From positions 6,797 through 70,796 of the forward strand of contig JBAYIR010000004.1 of assembly GCA_041665505.1 (NCBI GenBank): a stretch of DNA of 64,000 bases. The letters run 5' to 3'. Below, one piece after another: positions 52,802-61,481 of this stretch; the stretch's first letter is position 1; each line of letters opens with the position of its first letter. The notes under the pieces were generated by a model. That model saw only the letters and a program-made list of their open reading frames with translations. It was not told the origin of the DNA and made no database searches. Source of the DNA: Patescibacteria group bacterium. Lineage in GTDB: Bacteria; Patescibacteriota; Patescibacteriia; UBA1558; GWA2-36-10. The position numbers were made by a program, and so were the translations under genes.

Positions 52802-52828
52802 AAAAACCCTCAAATTTGAGGGTTTTTT
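52802..52828 (+). terminator. Intrinsic terminator
   Basis: AAAACCCTCAAA/TTTGAGGGTTTTTT. Confidence 0.75.
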
Positions 52829-52922
52829 AGTTTACCTCTTGCCAAAATATTTTTTTTGTGCTATAGTAGTTTCGTTATAAACAGCCGTAAGCGCTGTTTT
52901 AAAAAACTTTTATTTTGAGAAT

Positions 52923-53105
52923 ATGAACAAAATAGTAAATTATTTTAAAGGGGCCAAAGAAGAACTATCTAAAGTTATCTGGCCATCAAGACAAACCACT
53001 ATTAATCATTCTTTAATGGTGATTGGTGTTTCTGTAGCAGTAGCTATTTTTTTAGGGATAGTTGATTTGGGGCTTAGTAAAGTTGTAGAAAACTTGATTA
53101 AATAA
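52923..53105 (+). CDS. secE: Preprotein translocase subunit SecE
   Basis: ELSKVIWPSR plus a TM helix; lies upstream of nusG. Confidence 0.93.
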   Translation: MNKIVNYFKGAKEELSKVIWPSRQTTINHSLMVIGVSVAVAIFLGIVDLGLSKVVENLIK

Positions 53106-53122
53106 TTTTAAGATATAAGCAT

Positions 53123-53668
53123 ATGCCAAAACAAACCGCACAACAGGGTCGAAGGTGGTATGTATTACATACTTATTCTGGTTATGAAGAAAATGTTTCT
53201 CGTAATTTAAAGCAACGTATTGAATCCATGGATATGGAGGATAAAATTTTTGATGTCCTGATACCAACTGAAACCAAAATTAAGATAAAAAATGGCAAAA
53301 GAAAAACCGTCAAAGAAAAGATTTTTCCTGGCTATGTCTTGGTCTCTATGATAGTAACTGATGCTTCTTGGTATGTAGTGAGAAATACACCAAATGTCAC
53401 TGGCTTTGTGGGTAGTGGTACTACACCGACACCTGTTTCCGAATCAGAAATAAAAGCTCTGATGCAAAGAATGGGTGCTGAAGAACCAGAATTTAAAGTA
53501 GATATAGAAATTGGTGAAGTAGTCAAAATTACTGATGGACCATTTAAAGATTATGAAGGTAAGATTTCCGAAGTTGATGAAGCTCGTGGCAAAGCCAAAG
53601 TCTTGGTTTCTATGTTTGGTCGCGAAACCCCAATTGAGTTAGATTTTTTACAAATTAAAAAAGTATAA
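53123..53668 (+). CDS. nusG: Transcription factor NusG
   Basis: WYVLHTYSGYE, FPGYVLV and KOW motif DGPF...MFGRETP. Confidence 0.97.
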   Translation: MPKQTAQQGRRWYVLHTYSGYEENVSRNLKQRIESMDMEDKIFDVLIPTETKIKIKNGKRKTVKEKIFPGYVLVSMIVTDASWYVVRNTPNVTGFVGSGTTPTPVSESEIKALMQRMGAEEPEFKVDIEIGEVVKITDGPFKDYEGKISEVDEARGKAKVLVSMFGRETPIELDFLQIKKV

Positions 53669-53678
53669 ATAATTTTGT

Positions 53679-53738
53679 AGGGAGCTCTGGCTAGTCGGCC
53701 GAGCGTTTGAACCTCGTAATAATAAATAATATGGCAAA
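53679..53738 (+). repeat. 60-bp direct repeat copy 1; putative L1-binding mRNA leader of rplK
   Basis: AGGGAGCTCTGGCTAGTCGGCCGAGCGTTTGAACCTCGTAATAATAAATAATATGGCAAA, identical to 54196-54255. Confidence 0.8.
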
Positions 53739-54156
53739 GAAAATCAAACAAATGGTTAAGTTGCAACTCCAAGCTGGTAAAGCTACTCCAGCTCCTCCAG
53801 TAGGAACTGCGCTTGGACCACATGGCTTAGACATTCAATCTTTTTGTGTACAATTTAATGAAGCCACCAAAGATCGTATGGGTGAAGTAGTACCTATAGA
53901 TTTGGCAATTTATGAAGACAGAACTTTTTCTTTTGTCTTAAAAACTGCCCCAGCTTCTGATATGATTAAGAAAAAACTTAATCTAAAAAAAGGTTCTGGT
54001 AGTCCACTGCAACAAAAAATTGCTACTCTAACTAAAGCACAATTGACTGAAATTGCTTTGGCTAAAATGCCGGATTTAAATACTAAGGATGTTGAAAAAG
54101 CCAAACTTATAATTGCTGGTACGGCTCGTCAAATGGGAGTAAAGATAGAAGAATAA
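53731..54156 (+). CDS. rplK: 50S ribosomal protein L11
   Basis: AGKATPAPPVGTALG and IAGTARQMG motifs. True start is ATG 53731. Confidence 0.97.
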   Translation: MAKKIKQMVKLQLQAGKATPAPPVGTALGPHGLDIQSFCVQFNEATKDRMGEVVPIDLAIYEDRTFSFVLKTAPASDMIKKKLNLKKGSGSPLQQKIATLTKAQLTEIALAKMPDLNTKDVEKAKLIIAGTARQMGVKIEE

Positions 54157-54165
54157 TAATTTTGT

Positions 54166-54195
54166 CCCTCCTTCGCCAAGGCTATGGAGGACAAG
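54166..54195. repeat. 30-bp palindromic element inserted ahead of leader copy 2
   Basis: CCCTCCTTCGCCAAGGCTATGGAGGACAAG sits between TAATTTTGT and AGGGAG, which are contiguous in copy 1. Confidence 0.65.
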
Positions 54196-54255
54196 AGGGA
54201 GCTCTGGCTAGTCGGCCGAGCGTTTGAACCTCGTAATAATAAATAATATGGCAAA
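54196..54255 (+). repeat. 60-bp direct repeat copy 2; putative L1-binding leader of rplA
   Basis: Identical to 53679-53738. Confidence 0.8.
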
Positions 54256-54934
54256 AATAAGTAAGAGATTAAAAGAGGCTAAAGCCAAGATTGAAAGCAA
54301 AAAGGTTTATAGTATCGAAGAGGCTATCAAGTTGGTCAAGGAAACTAGCGCAGTAAAATTTGATGCTTCTGTAGAAGTGCACGCCAAATTGGGTATTGAT
54401 CCCAAAAAAGGTGAGCAAATTGTCAGAGCTTCTGTGGTCTTGCCAAATGGTACTGGTAAGACAGTCAGAGTAGCTGCTTTTGTACCAGAGAATCGGGTCA
54501 AAGAAGCTAAAGACGCTGGGGCTGATTTGGTAGGTGGCGAAGAATTGATTGCTGAAATCAAGAAAACATCTAAAACAGATTTTGATATTGCGGTTACTGT
54601 GCCAGAAATGATGCCTAAGTTAGCAGCTGTAGCCAAAGTATTAGGTCAAAAAGGTCTAATGCCTAACCCCAAGACTGGTACAATTAGTCCAGATTTAGCT
54701 AAAATGGTTGGTGAACTTAAAAAAGGTAAAGTATCTTATAAAAATGATATTACCGCTAATATTCATTTGAGTATTGGTAAAGTATCTTTTGATGATGCTA
54801 AATTGATTGAGAATTTTAAAACATTTTTAGACTCTCTAAAAAAATCTAAACCACCAACTGTCAAAGCCACTTATATTAGATCCTTATTTGTTTCTTCATC
54901 TATGGGGCCTAGTATCAAGGTAAGTATAAATTAA
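54248..54934 (+). CDS. rplA: 50S ribosomal protein L1
   Basis: KFDASVE, LPNGTGK, GLMPNPKTGT and SSSMGPS motifs. True start is ATG 54248. Confidence 0.97.
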   Translation: MAKISKRLKEAKAKIESKKVYSIEEAIKLVKETSAVKFDASVEVHAKLGIDPKKGEQIVRASVVLPNGTGKTVRVAAFVPENRVKEAKDAGADLVGGEELIAEIKKTSKTDFDIAVTVPEMMPKLAAVAKVLGQKGLMPNPKTGTISPDLAKMVGELKKGKVSYKNDITANIHLSIGKVSFDDAKLIENFKTFLDSLKKSKPPTVKATYIRSLFVSSSMGPSIKVSIN

Positions 54935-54951
54935 TTACTACTAGTAAATAG

Positions 54952-55012
54952 AAAATCATCCGAGAGGGTGGTTTTTTGTTTAAATAAAAACCCTAGTCAC
55001 AAGAACTAGGGT
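54952..55012. terminator. Back-to-back terminators for rplA (+) and the small peptide gene (-)
   Basis: AAAATCATCC-GAGA-GGGTGGTTTTTT, and AAAAACCCTAG-TCACAAGAA-CTAGGGT with its T-tail on the minus strand. Confidence 0.7.
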
Positions 55013-55033
55013 GGTCTTACGACCTATCCCTTT

Positions 55034-55132
55034 TTATCTAGTAGCTAGATAAAAGAGGATTTTGAGGAGTTCCCACAGAGCTTTGATAAACAAAGCAGTA
55101 ATGATTTGTTTCAGTAGATCTTGCCGATTCAT
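55034..55132 (-). CDS. Unannotated 32-aa hydrophobic peptide (type I toxin-like)
   Basis: MNRQDLLKQIITALFIKALWELLKILFYLATR*, with SD AAAGGAGG upstream and its own terminator. Confidence 0.6.
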   Translation of the reverse strand: MNRQDLLKQIITALFIKALWELLKILFYLATR

Positions 55133-55176
55133 CACAAAACCTCCTTTGAAAGAGCAGGTCTTTAAAGGTAGACCTA

Positions 55177-55203
55177 AAACCCCTTCCCAAATGGGAAGGG
55201 GTT
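55177..55203 (-). terminator. Terminator after the yerC-like gene
   Basis: AACCCCTTCCCA-TT-TGGGAAGGGGTTTT on the minus strand. Confidence 0.75.
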
Positions 55204-55227
55204 GGGCTTATATTTTTAAAACAAATA

Positions 55228-55539
55228 TCAACGCAAACCTTTCCCGCGGGAAGGTCTGTTATGATGATTTAGTTTATTTAGCATCAATTTATAGCCACTC
55301 ATACCATTATTAAGCCATTTAGAAATACGAGCCACAGTAGTAGAACTTAGGCCAGTTTTTTGGACTATTTGAGTATAGGGAATATTTTTATCTAGCATTT
55401 GAGCAGCTTGCCAACGATTAGAAAATTCTGTGATTTCTGACTCTGTCAAAAGGTCACGCAAAAATAGTTTGGCTTCTTTTTGATTGTCTAAAGCTAATAT
55501 AGCATCAAATAGCTTAATTATTTTTTTATCGTATTTCAT
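55228..55539 (-). CDS. YerC/YecD (TrpR-related, HisR-type) transcriptional regulator
   Basis: LFDAILAL...FLRDLLT..E...RWQAAQML...Y..I...TGLSSTTVARI..WL..G..GY pattern. ATG at 55539. Confidence 0.9.
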   Translation of the reverse strand: MKYDKKIIKLFDAILALDNQKEAKLFLRDLLTESEITEFSNRWQAAQMLDKNIPYTQIVQKTGLSSTTVARISKWLNNGMSGYKLMLNKLNHHNRPSRGKGLR

Positions 55540-55545
55540 ATTAAT

Positions 55546-55589
55546 CACTTTAGTTAAGTAAAGTATAGCATATAAAAAAAATATGTCAA
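55546..55589 (-). promoter_or_regulatory. Promoter with an overlapping HisR/YerC-type palindromic operator
   Basis: TTGACA-N16-TATACT on the minus strand; cACTTTA-GTTAAG-TAAAGTa at 55546-55565. Confidence 0.7.
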
Positions 55590-55606
55590 TATTTTTAAAA
55601 AAAGGA

Positions 55607-55633
55607 AACCCGCCGCGTCAGACGCGGCGGGTT
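55607..55633 (-). terminator. Terminator of islet 4
   Basis: AACCCGCCGCGTC-A-GACGCGGCGGGTT, followed by a T-rich tract on the minus strand. Confidence 0.75.
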
Positions 55634-55658
55634 CAAACAGCGTGTCGTGGTCGATAGT

Positions 55659-55883
55659 TTAGCGACCACGCAAGCCAAGACGAGCTCTCTGTCGGAGCAG
55701 CTGCAGGTGAGCAAGGCGGGGATTGTTGGGCCGACTGACTGGTGGGCAGTCGCGACAGCGGAAAGGGTGAAGTACTGAGACGCTTTTGGTCTTAGGCTCT
55801 CCTTTCAAGACTGTCAAGCGACCCAAGCTGTCTTGACGGAATGTCCGCCTACAGCCCCCGATACACAGGAGTAGTGTGGGCAT
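55659..55883 (-). CDS. GC-rich Arg-rich small protein with two Cys pairs (islet 4, gene 2)
   Basis: CIGGC...CRDC; SD AGGAGGT directly upstream. Confidence 0.55.
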   Translation of the reverse strand: MPTLLLCIGGCRRTFRQDSLGRLTVLKGEPKTKSVSVLHPFRCRDCPPVSRPNNPRLAHLQLLRQRARLGLRGR

Positions 55884-55892
55884 GAAGACCTC

Positions 55893-56099
55893 CTAGGAAG
55901 TGAATCGTTGACGAGCCGAGGGAACACCGGCTAGCGTTTTGAGTTGTCTCCTGATGTCACAGTCGTTCAGACAGCCACTGGTGCGGCCGATAACTGTGGC
56001 GATAGCACTTAGTGGTGTAGAGGGATTAGCAATAGCGCCGATACATTGTTGGCAGTTTACCCGGGGGATTTTGGTCTGGGCGACCTTTATAGACTTCAT
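55893..56099 (-). CDS. GC-rich small protein with two Cys pairs (islet 4, gene 1)
   Basis: 68 aa from ATG 56099 (MKSIKVAQ...), with CQQC...CLNDC and GAAAGG upstream. Confidence 0.45.
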   Translation of the reverse strand: MKSIKVAQTKIPRVNCQQCIGAIANPSTPLSAIATVIGRTSGCLNDCDIRRQLKTLAGVPSARQRFTS

Positions 56100-56150
56100 A
56101 TTAAGCCTTTCGGTTTTGGGTATTTTGTCGTCTCTTAGGTGCTTGCTTAT

Positions 56151-56179
56151 ATGGTAAAATTTACTGATAATTTTGTCAA
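56151..56179 (-). promoter_or_regulatory. sigma70 promoter of islet 4
   Basis: TTGACA-N17-TACCAT on the minus strand. Confidence 0.6.
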
Positions 56180-56257
56180 CATTTATATTTGCCATATTTT
56201 AAGGCTTATGTTAAATTAGCTGTATTAAATTAATTTATTATTTATGGAGTTAAATAT

Positions 56258-57748
56258 ATGGAATTAGTATTTAAAATAAAAGAAAATCAAGAAGCAGAGG
56301 CTTTATTTGTGCCCGCCTTTCAAGATGACAAAGCTATTATAGCTCTACTTAGGTCTTTCAATTTTCCAAATAGTCAAGATATTTTAATTCGTCTTAGTAA
56401 GGAAAATTTTAAAGGTCTTAAAGGTCAATTGTTTGCTGTCCATAGTGCTAAACAAATTGTAGTTTTTATTGGGGCTGGACCAAGTAAGAAATTATCAGCT
56501 GAAGATTTGAGGTTACTAGCTGGTTATATAGTGTCTCATTTGAAAAAATACAAGACCACTAACATTGGTCTAGTAGCTAAACATTGGCTCAGAGGAACTA
56601 GTGAGGTCAGTCTTTTGGCCCAATCATTGGCTGAGGGGCTATATTTGGCTAGTTATAATTTTGATAAATATAAAACACAGGATCAAGAAAATATAAAAGT
56701 AAATATTGAAAAATTATTTGTTGATATTGATAATAAATTTAAAAATAAATTTAAAGAGGCTTGGCAACTTGGTTTGTTGATGGCTCAAGGCACTATCAAA
56801 GCCAGAGATTTGGTCAACGAACCAGCTGGACACATGACCCCTAGTTTTTTAGCCGATGAAGCAATGGCTATTGCTAAGGTCAATAAAAATATAATAGTCA
56901 AAGTTTTTGATAAAGAAAAAATTGAAGCTATGGGTATGGGGGCTTTTTTGGGCATTGCCCAAGGCTCCAATCAAGCTCCCAAGTTTATACATTTAATCTA
57001 TAAACCAGCCGGCAAAATCAAAGACAAAATAGCTTTAGTTGGTAAAGGTATTACTTTTGATAGTGGTGGTTTAAATGTTAAACCTTGGGAGGGAATGTTG
57101 CAGATGAAGATAGATATGGGTGGAGCGGCTACAGTCTTTGGAGTTTTTTCAGTTATAGCTAAAATCCAGCCCAAAGTAGAAGTACATGGTATTATTGCGG
57201 CTTGTGAAAATATGTCTTCAGGTTCAGCTATTAAGCCAGGTGATATCTTGACTAATATGCAAGGTAAGACTATTGAGATTGCCAATACTGATGCTGAAGG
57301 CCGGGTTACTTTAGCAGATTCTTTGGCTTATGCTCAAAAGCAAGGCATTAAAAAAATGGTGGATATTGCTACACTAACAGGCTCTATTATGGTGGCTCTG
57401 GGTTCACAATATGCTGGATTATTTAGTCTAGACTCAAAAATGTCTCAAGGTATTCTCAAATCAGCTCAAAAAACAGGGGAGAATATGTGGCAAATGCCTA
57501 TGGCTTTGGAGTATAAAGAGGCCAATGAAAGTAAAATAGCAGATATTAAAAATATTGGTAGTTCTAGATTGGGTGGTTCTATTATGGCAGCTTGGTTTCT
57601 TCAGGATTTTATCAGTGACGGCGCATCTTTGGTCCATATTGATATTGCTGGCCCAGCTTACGCTGAAAAAGAGATGAATTCATATATTCCAGTTGGTGGA
57701 GTAGGTTTTGGAGTGCGCACTATGCTTGATTGGCTCAAAAGTATTTAG
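56258..57748 (+). CDS. pepA: Leucyl aminopeptidase (M17)
   Basis: VGKGITFDSGG, MKIDMGGAA, NTDAEGR and HIDIAG motifs. Confidence 0.95.
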   Translation: MELVFKIKENQEAEALFVPAFQDDKAIIALLRSFNFPNSQDILIRLSKENFKGLKGQLFAVHSAKQIVVFIGAGPSKKLSAEDLRLLAGYIVSHLKKYKTTNIGLVAKHWLRGTSEVSLLAQSLAEGLYLASYNFDKYKTQDQENIKVNIEKLFVDIDNKFKNKFKEAWQLGLLMAQGTIKARDLVNEPAGHMTPSFLADEAMAIAKVNKNIIVKVFDKEKIEAMGMGAFLGIAQGSNQAPKFIHLIYKPAGKIKDKIALVGKGITFDSGGLNVKPWEGMLQMKIDMGGAATVFGVFSVIAKIQPKVEVHGIIAACENMSSGSAIKPGDILTNMQGKTIEIANTDAEGRVTLADSLAYAQKQGIKKMVDIATLTGSIMVALGSQYAGLFSLDSKMSQGILKSAQKTGENMWQMPMALEYKEANESKIADIKNIGSSRLGGSIMAAWFLQDFISDGASLVHIDIAGPAYAEKEMNSYIPVGGVGFGVRTMLDWLKSI

Positions 57749-57757
57749 TATAAAACA

Positions 57758-57790
57758 AAAAAACCGTTGCGTTTGACGCGGCGGTTTTTT
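57758..57790. terminator. Bidirectional terminator between pepA and pth
   Basis: AAAAACCGTTGCGT-TTG-ACGCGGCGGTTTTTT. Confidence 0.75.
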
Positions 57791-57795
57791 GATTT

Positions 57796-58350
57796 TTAAT
57801 TATATTTATTAGCGGCTTCATCAAAGCCTTTGTCCAACACTTCTTCTAATATTAGATGACTAGTGTCCAACACTTCATTTAGTTTTTTCTTTTCAGTCGG
57901 GGAGAATTTTTTAAGTACAAAATCTTCTGCTTTGCCATTTTGGGGACCAATACCCAAGCGTATTCTTTTAAAATCTTTTGAGGTTAGGTGTTTTATTATT
58001 GACTCTAGGCCTTTATGTCCACCTGCACCGCGATTTTTGGATATTCTTAGCTTGCCGTATGGTAAGTCTATATCATCATGCACTACTATTATTTTGTTAA
58101 CTGGAAGTTTATAAAATTGTTTTAAAGCTTCCACTGCTTGGCCAGAATTATTCATATAACTTAGAGCTTTAGCCAAAACAATTTTTTCTTTTTTCCCTTG
58201 CCAACTAGCTATTAAGCTGTTACTTGATTTATGTTTGGTCCAGCTGAGTTCTTTTTTACTAGCCAAAGAATCCAAAACTAAGTAGCCAAAATTGTGACGT
58301 GTAAATTCATATTCTTTATCTGGATTCCCAAGTCCAATTATAAGTTTCAT
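57796..58350 (-). CDS. pth: Peptidyl-tRNA hydrolase
   Basis: IIGLGNP, TRHNFG, YMNNSG, HDDIDL and GGHKG motifs. Confidence 0.96.
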   Translation of the reverse strand: MKLIIGLGNPDKEYEFTRHNFGYLVLDSLASKKELSWTKHKSSNSLIASWQGKKEKIVLAKALSYMNNSGQAVEALKQFYKLPVNKIIVVHDDIDLPYGKLRISKNRGAGGHKGLESIIKHLTSKDFKRIRLGIGPQNGKAEDFVLKKFSPTEKKKLNEVLDTSHLILEEVLDKGFDEAANKYN

Positions 58351-58363
58351 AATTTTTGTTTTT

Positions 58364-59719
58364 TTATTTATCTTTAGCGTTTTGGCTTTTAATCACTCGA
58401 ATGTGAATAGGGGTGCCCTCAAAACCAAATTTGTAGCGTAGATTATTTTCTATAAATCTGAGATAAGAGTCATGCAGGGAAGATTTAAAATCAATTTTAA
58501 TGGCAAAAATTGGAGGATTGGTGCGAATTTGTTTTAGACTATAAATATAAGGATGCTTAATACCTTTACCTCGAGATGGTTTGTGTCTTTTGACTATACT
58601 TTTTAGTAATTTGTCTAAAGTATTTTCAGGCAATACCTTATTTTTTTCATTGTAGATAGAAATAATGCTGTCTAGTATTTTTTTAATGCGTATTTTTTTG
58701 GTAGCGGATGAAAATATAATTGGCGCCCATCTGATAAAAGGAAAAAATCTTTTGTAATACATTTCAAAATCATTGCTAGTGTCAGTAGTTTTTTCAGGAA
58801 TTAAATCCCATTTATTGGCCAAGATAATTAGACCAACACCAGCAGCGTTAGCTTCATCTATTAGGTGTTTGTCTTGCCAAGTTAGTTTTTCACTGACATC
58901 AGTTACTAGTATTGCTATGTCAGCTTTTTTGATAGTCTCAATACTTTGATCAACCGATTGTTTTTCAAAAGCATCAGCTGATTTTTTACTCTGACGTCTT
59001 ATACCAGCCGTGTCTACAAAAATAATTTTTTGTCCTTCAAAAATAAATTCTATATCTTGAGAGTCTCTAGTAGTATGAGCAATAGCTGAGACAATTACTC
59101 TTTGTTCTCCTAAAATAGCGTTGATAATAGATGATTTACCAACATTTGGCTTACCTACTACAGCTACTCTGATTGATTTTTCATCACTTGGTACTTCTTT
59201 ACTTCTTTTCTTATTTTTTATTTTCTTGAGTTGAATAACTACTTCGTCTAGTAAATCACCAGTCCCTACACCATTAATAGCTGAGACTGGCCATGGTTGT
59301 TCTAAATTTAATTTGTAGAAATCTGATAAATATTGACGGGATCTATTATTGTCTGTTTTATTGGCTACTAATATTATTGGTTTTTGAATTTTTTTGAATT
59401 TTTTGGCTAGCTCCAAATCAGCTGGCATAATACCTGTTTTGGTGTCTACTACAAAAAGTAAGAGGTCAGCCTCTTTAATAGCTGTTTGAGCTTGCTCGAT
59501 AATTTGTGCATCTATATCATCATCAGATTGTCTTTCTAGTCCGCCAGTGTCAATTAAAGAAAAATCCATATCTTTCCAAGAACATATGGCATAATTTCTA
59601 TCTCTAGTTGTACCTGCCACATGAGAAGTAATGGCTTTTTGATCTGATATTAGACGATTAAACAAGGTAGATTTACCTACATTTACTCTGCCAACTATTG
59701 CTATTTTGTATAAAGCCAT
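58364..59719 (-). CDS. der: Ribosome biogenesis GTPase Der
   Basis: Two GTPase domains (GRVNVGKS, GKPNVGKS, DTGG/DTAG) and a C-terminal FGFEGTPI. Confidence 0.96.
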   Translation of the reverse strand: MALYKIAIVGRVNVGKSTLFNRLISDQKAITSHVAGTTRDRNYAICSWKDMDFSLIDTGGLERQSDDDIDAQIIEQAQTAIKEADLLLFVVDTKTGIMPADLELAKKFKKIQKPIILVANKTDNNRSRQYLSDFYKLNLEQPWPVSAINGVGTGDLLDEVVIQLKKIKNKKRSKEVPSDEKSIRVAVVGKPNVGKSSIINAILGEQRVIVSAIAHTTRDSQDIEFIFEGQKIIFVDTAGIRRQSKKSADAFEKQSVDQSIETIKKADIAILVTDVSEKLTWQDKHLIDEANAAGVGLIILANKWDLIPEKTTDTSNDFEMYYKRFFPFIRWAPIIFSSATKKIRIKKILDSIISIYNEKNKVLPENTLDKLLKSIVKRHKPSRGKGIKHPYIYSLKQIRTNPPIFAIKIDFKSSLHDSYLRFIENNLRYKFGFEGTPIHIRVIKSQNAKDK

Positions 59720-59723
59720 ATGT

Positions 59724-61319
59724 TTATTCTATTGTTTCCTCGCTACTCGTAGCTGTAGGACTAGAACTACTGGCTGTAGAACTAGTCAGTAGCATTGGAT
59801 CGATGGTAGTAATTATTTCTATTGTTTCGTCTATTATTTGATCTTGACCTAAAATTATTAGAAAATCTATCTTTTCTAAATCACCCTCTTCATTTTTTAT
59901 TCCCCATTTTGAGGCTACTATTGAGCTGGAATAGTCTAGGGGGATATCTTTTTTGATGGTGGTAAGGAAAATATTTTCTAAGGAAGTTTTGGTCTTAGGG
60001 TTTTGGTCAGTATAATCATATATAACAGTGCTAATCTTATCTTGAATTTCAGCATTACCATATCTGATTATATTATACCCTATTTGGTCTAAATAATTAA
60101 CTGCCTTGAGGGCTAGACCAGGGACAGCTGTGCCGTTTTGTATGACAATCTTAGCGTTTTCTTCACTAGCTTTTTGTAAATTAAAGATATTGGCTACTAG
60201 TAGTTTAATTTGATTATAGTTTCCAGCCACTGGTTGGAGAATATAAGCACCGTCTACAGAAATACCAGATTTGAGATAACCACCAGCTCTATCATCAATA
60301 GATTGGGCAATTATTTTTTGGGTATCTAACTCTTTGCTCAGATGTACCAGTTTGACGGCTTCCCATGGTTCGACATCTGTCTTGGTATATTTATTAAATA
60401 ATGAAAAAAGGCTGGTGATTTTAGCAGGGTTTATCAAAGTATTAAAAGAGGTGAGTTTTTCTTTGGCGGCGACTATTATTTTTTGCTGTCTTTTGATACG
60501 AGCAAAATCAGAACCTTCACCGTTGTTGCCATGGCGAGAGCGAGCATAGTCAAGGGCTGTCGAACCATCCATAGTTTGTTTACCAGCTTCAAAGGATACG
60601 GCCTTCCATTTGTCATTATAAGTCGGGAATTGGTTATCGGTAAAGGATTTTTCTACATCTATATCAACACCATCTATAGAATCTATCATTTCTACAAAGC
60701 CATTAAAATCTACGGCGGCAAAATAATGGATAGGTATGTCAAAAGTATCACTAATTACTTTTTTTACTAGTTCTCCACCACCAACACCATTGTTTTGCCC
60801 GATAGTGTAAACAGAGTTGATTTTACGGTAGTTATAACCATCAATTGGTACTATCATATCTCTGGGTAGAGAAAATACAGCTGCTTCTCTGGTCGATGGT
60901 TTGAAGCTAGCAATCATAATAGTATCTGTTAGATATGGGCCGTCATGTCCAGGCCCACCCATACCCATTAGGACAAAATTTATCCGATCTTCTTTTTCAC
61001 CATCTAAATATTTTTCTTTATTAGATATAATATGAGTTATTTGTCTAACTAGATAAGAATTTTTAACCCCAGATAAAAAACCATTATTGTCTGCCGATAG
61101 TATATTGGCTAAAATAAAAAATAGTATTATCAATATTATAAAAAACAAGGGGAGTTTTTTCTTCCCTCTAGTTTGTTTGGAATTAGCTTTTATTTCTTGT
61201 TTAGAGTCTTGTTTGTATTTGTTTTTGTCAGCCTGTTCGTCAGTTTCTATAGGTGGCTTAGCAGAAGCATAATTCAAATTTTCGTCTAAAAGGTTTATTT
61301 TACGTTTATTAAAATCCAT
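59724..61319 (-). CDS. LCP (LytR-CpsA-Psr) family protein with a LytR C-terminal domain
   Basis: TM helix, TDTIM, SLPRD, KINS, YARSR, SDFARIKRQQ and QNGTAVPGLA motifs. Probable start at ATG 61319. Confidence 0.9.
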   Translation of the reverse strand: MDFNKRKINLLDENLNYASAKPPIETDEQADKNKYKQDSKQEIKANSKQTRGKKKLPLFFIILIILFFILANILSADNNGFLSGVKNSYLVRQITHIISNKEKYLDGEKEDRINFVLMGMGGPGHDGPYLTDTIMIASFKPSTREAAVFSLPRDMIVPIDGYNYRKINSVYTIGQNNGVGGGELVKKVISDTFDIPIHYFAAVDFNGFVEMIDSIDGVDIDVEKSFTDNQFPTYNDKWKAVSFEAGKQTMDGSTALDYARSRHGNNGEGSDFARIKRQQKIIVAAKEKLTSFNTLINPAKITSLFSLFNKYTKTDVEPWEAVKLVHLSKELDTQKIIAQSIDDRAGGYLKSGISVDGAYILQPVAGNYNQIKLLVANIFNLQKASEENAKIVIQNGTAVPGLALKAVNYLDQIGYNIIRYGNAEIQDKISTVIYDYTDQNPKTKTSLENIFLTTIKKDIPLDYSSSIVASKWGIKNEEGDLEKIDFLIILGQDQIIDETIEIITTIDPMLLTSSTASSSSPTATSSEETIE

Positions 61320-61481
61320 TTTTTTACATTCATAAAGTGTATCAATTATACTAATAAAAGAACTATTAGTCAACCATCTATTTTTCTTTTAGCCCATAAT
61401 TTATAGGGCTTTATGTAGTTGATTTTAATTTTGGCATTGTGTATAATAATCCTATAAATTATATAATTTTTTACATTTTTT

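Noticed and set aside
53707-54247. Shared N-terminal peptide MNLVIINN on L11 and L1
   Set aside because: An artefact of TTG starts inside the duplicated leader; the real starts are ATG 53731 and 54248.
55062-55313. 83-aa plus-strand ORF
   Set aside because: TTG start without support; it crosses a terminator and is antisense to both yerC and the SD-led peptide gene.
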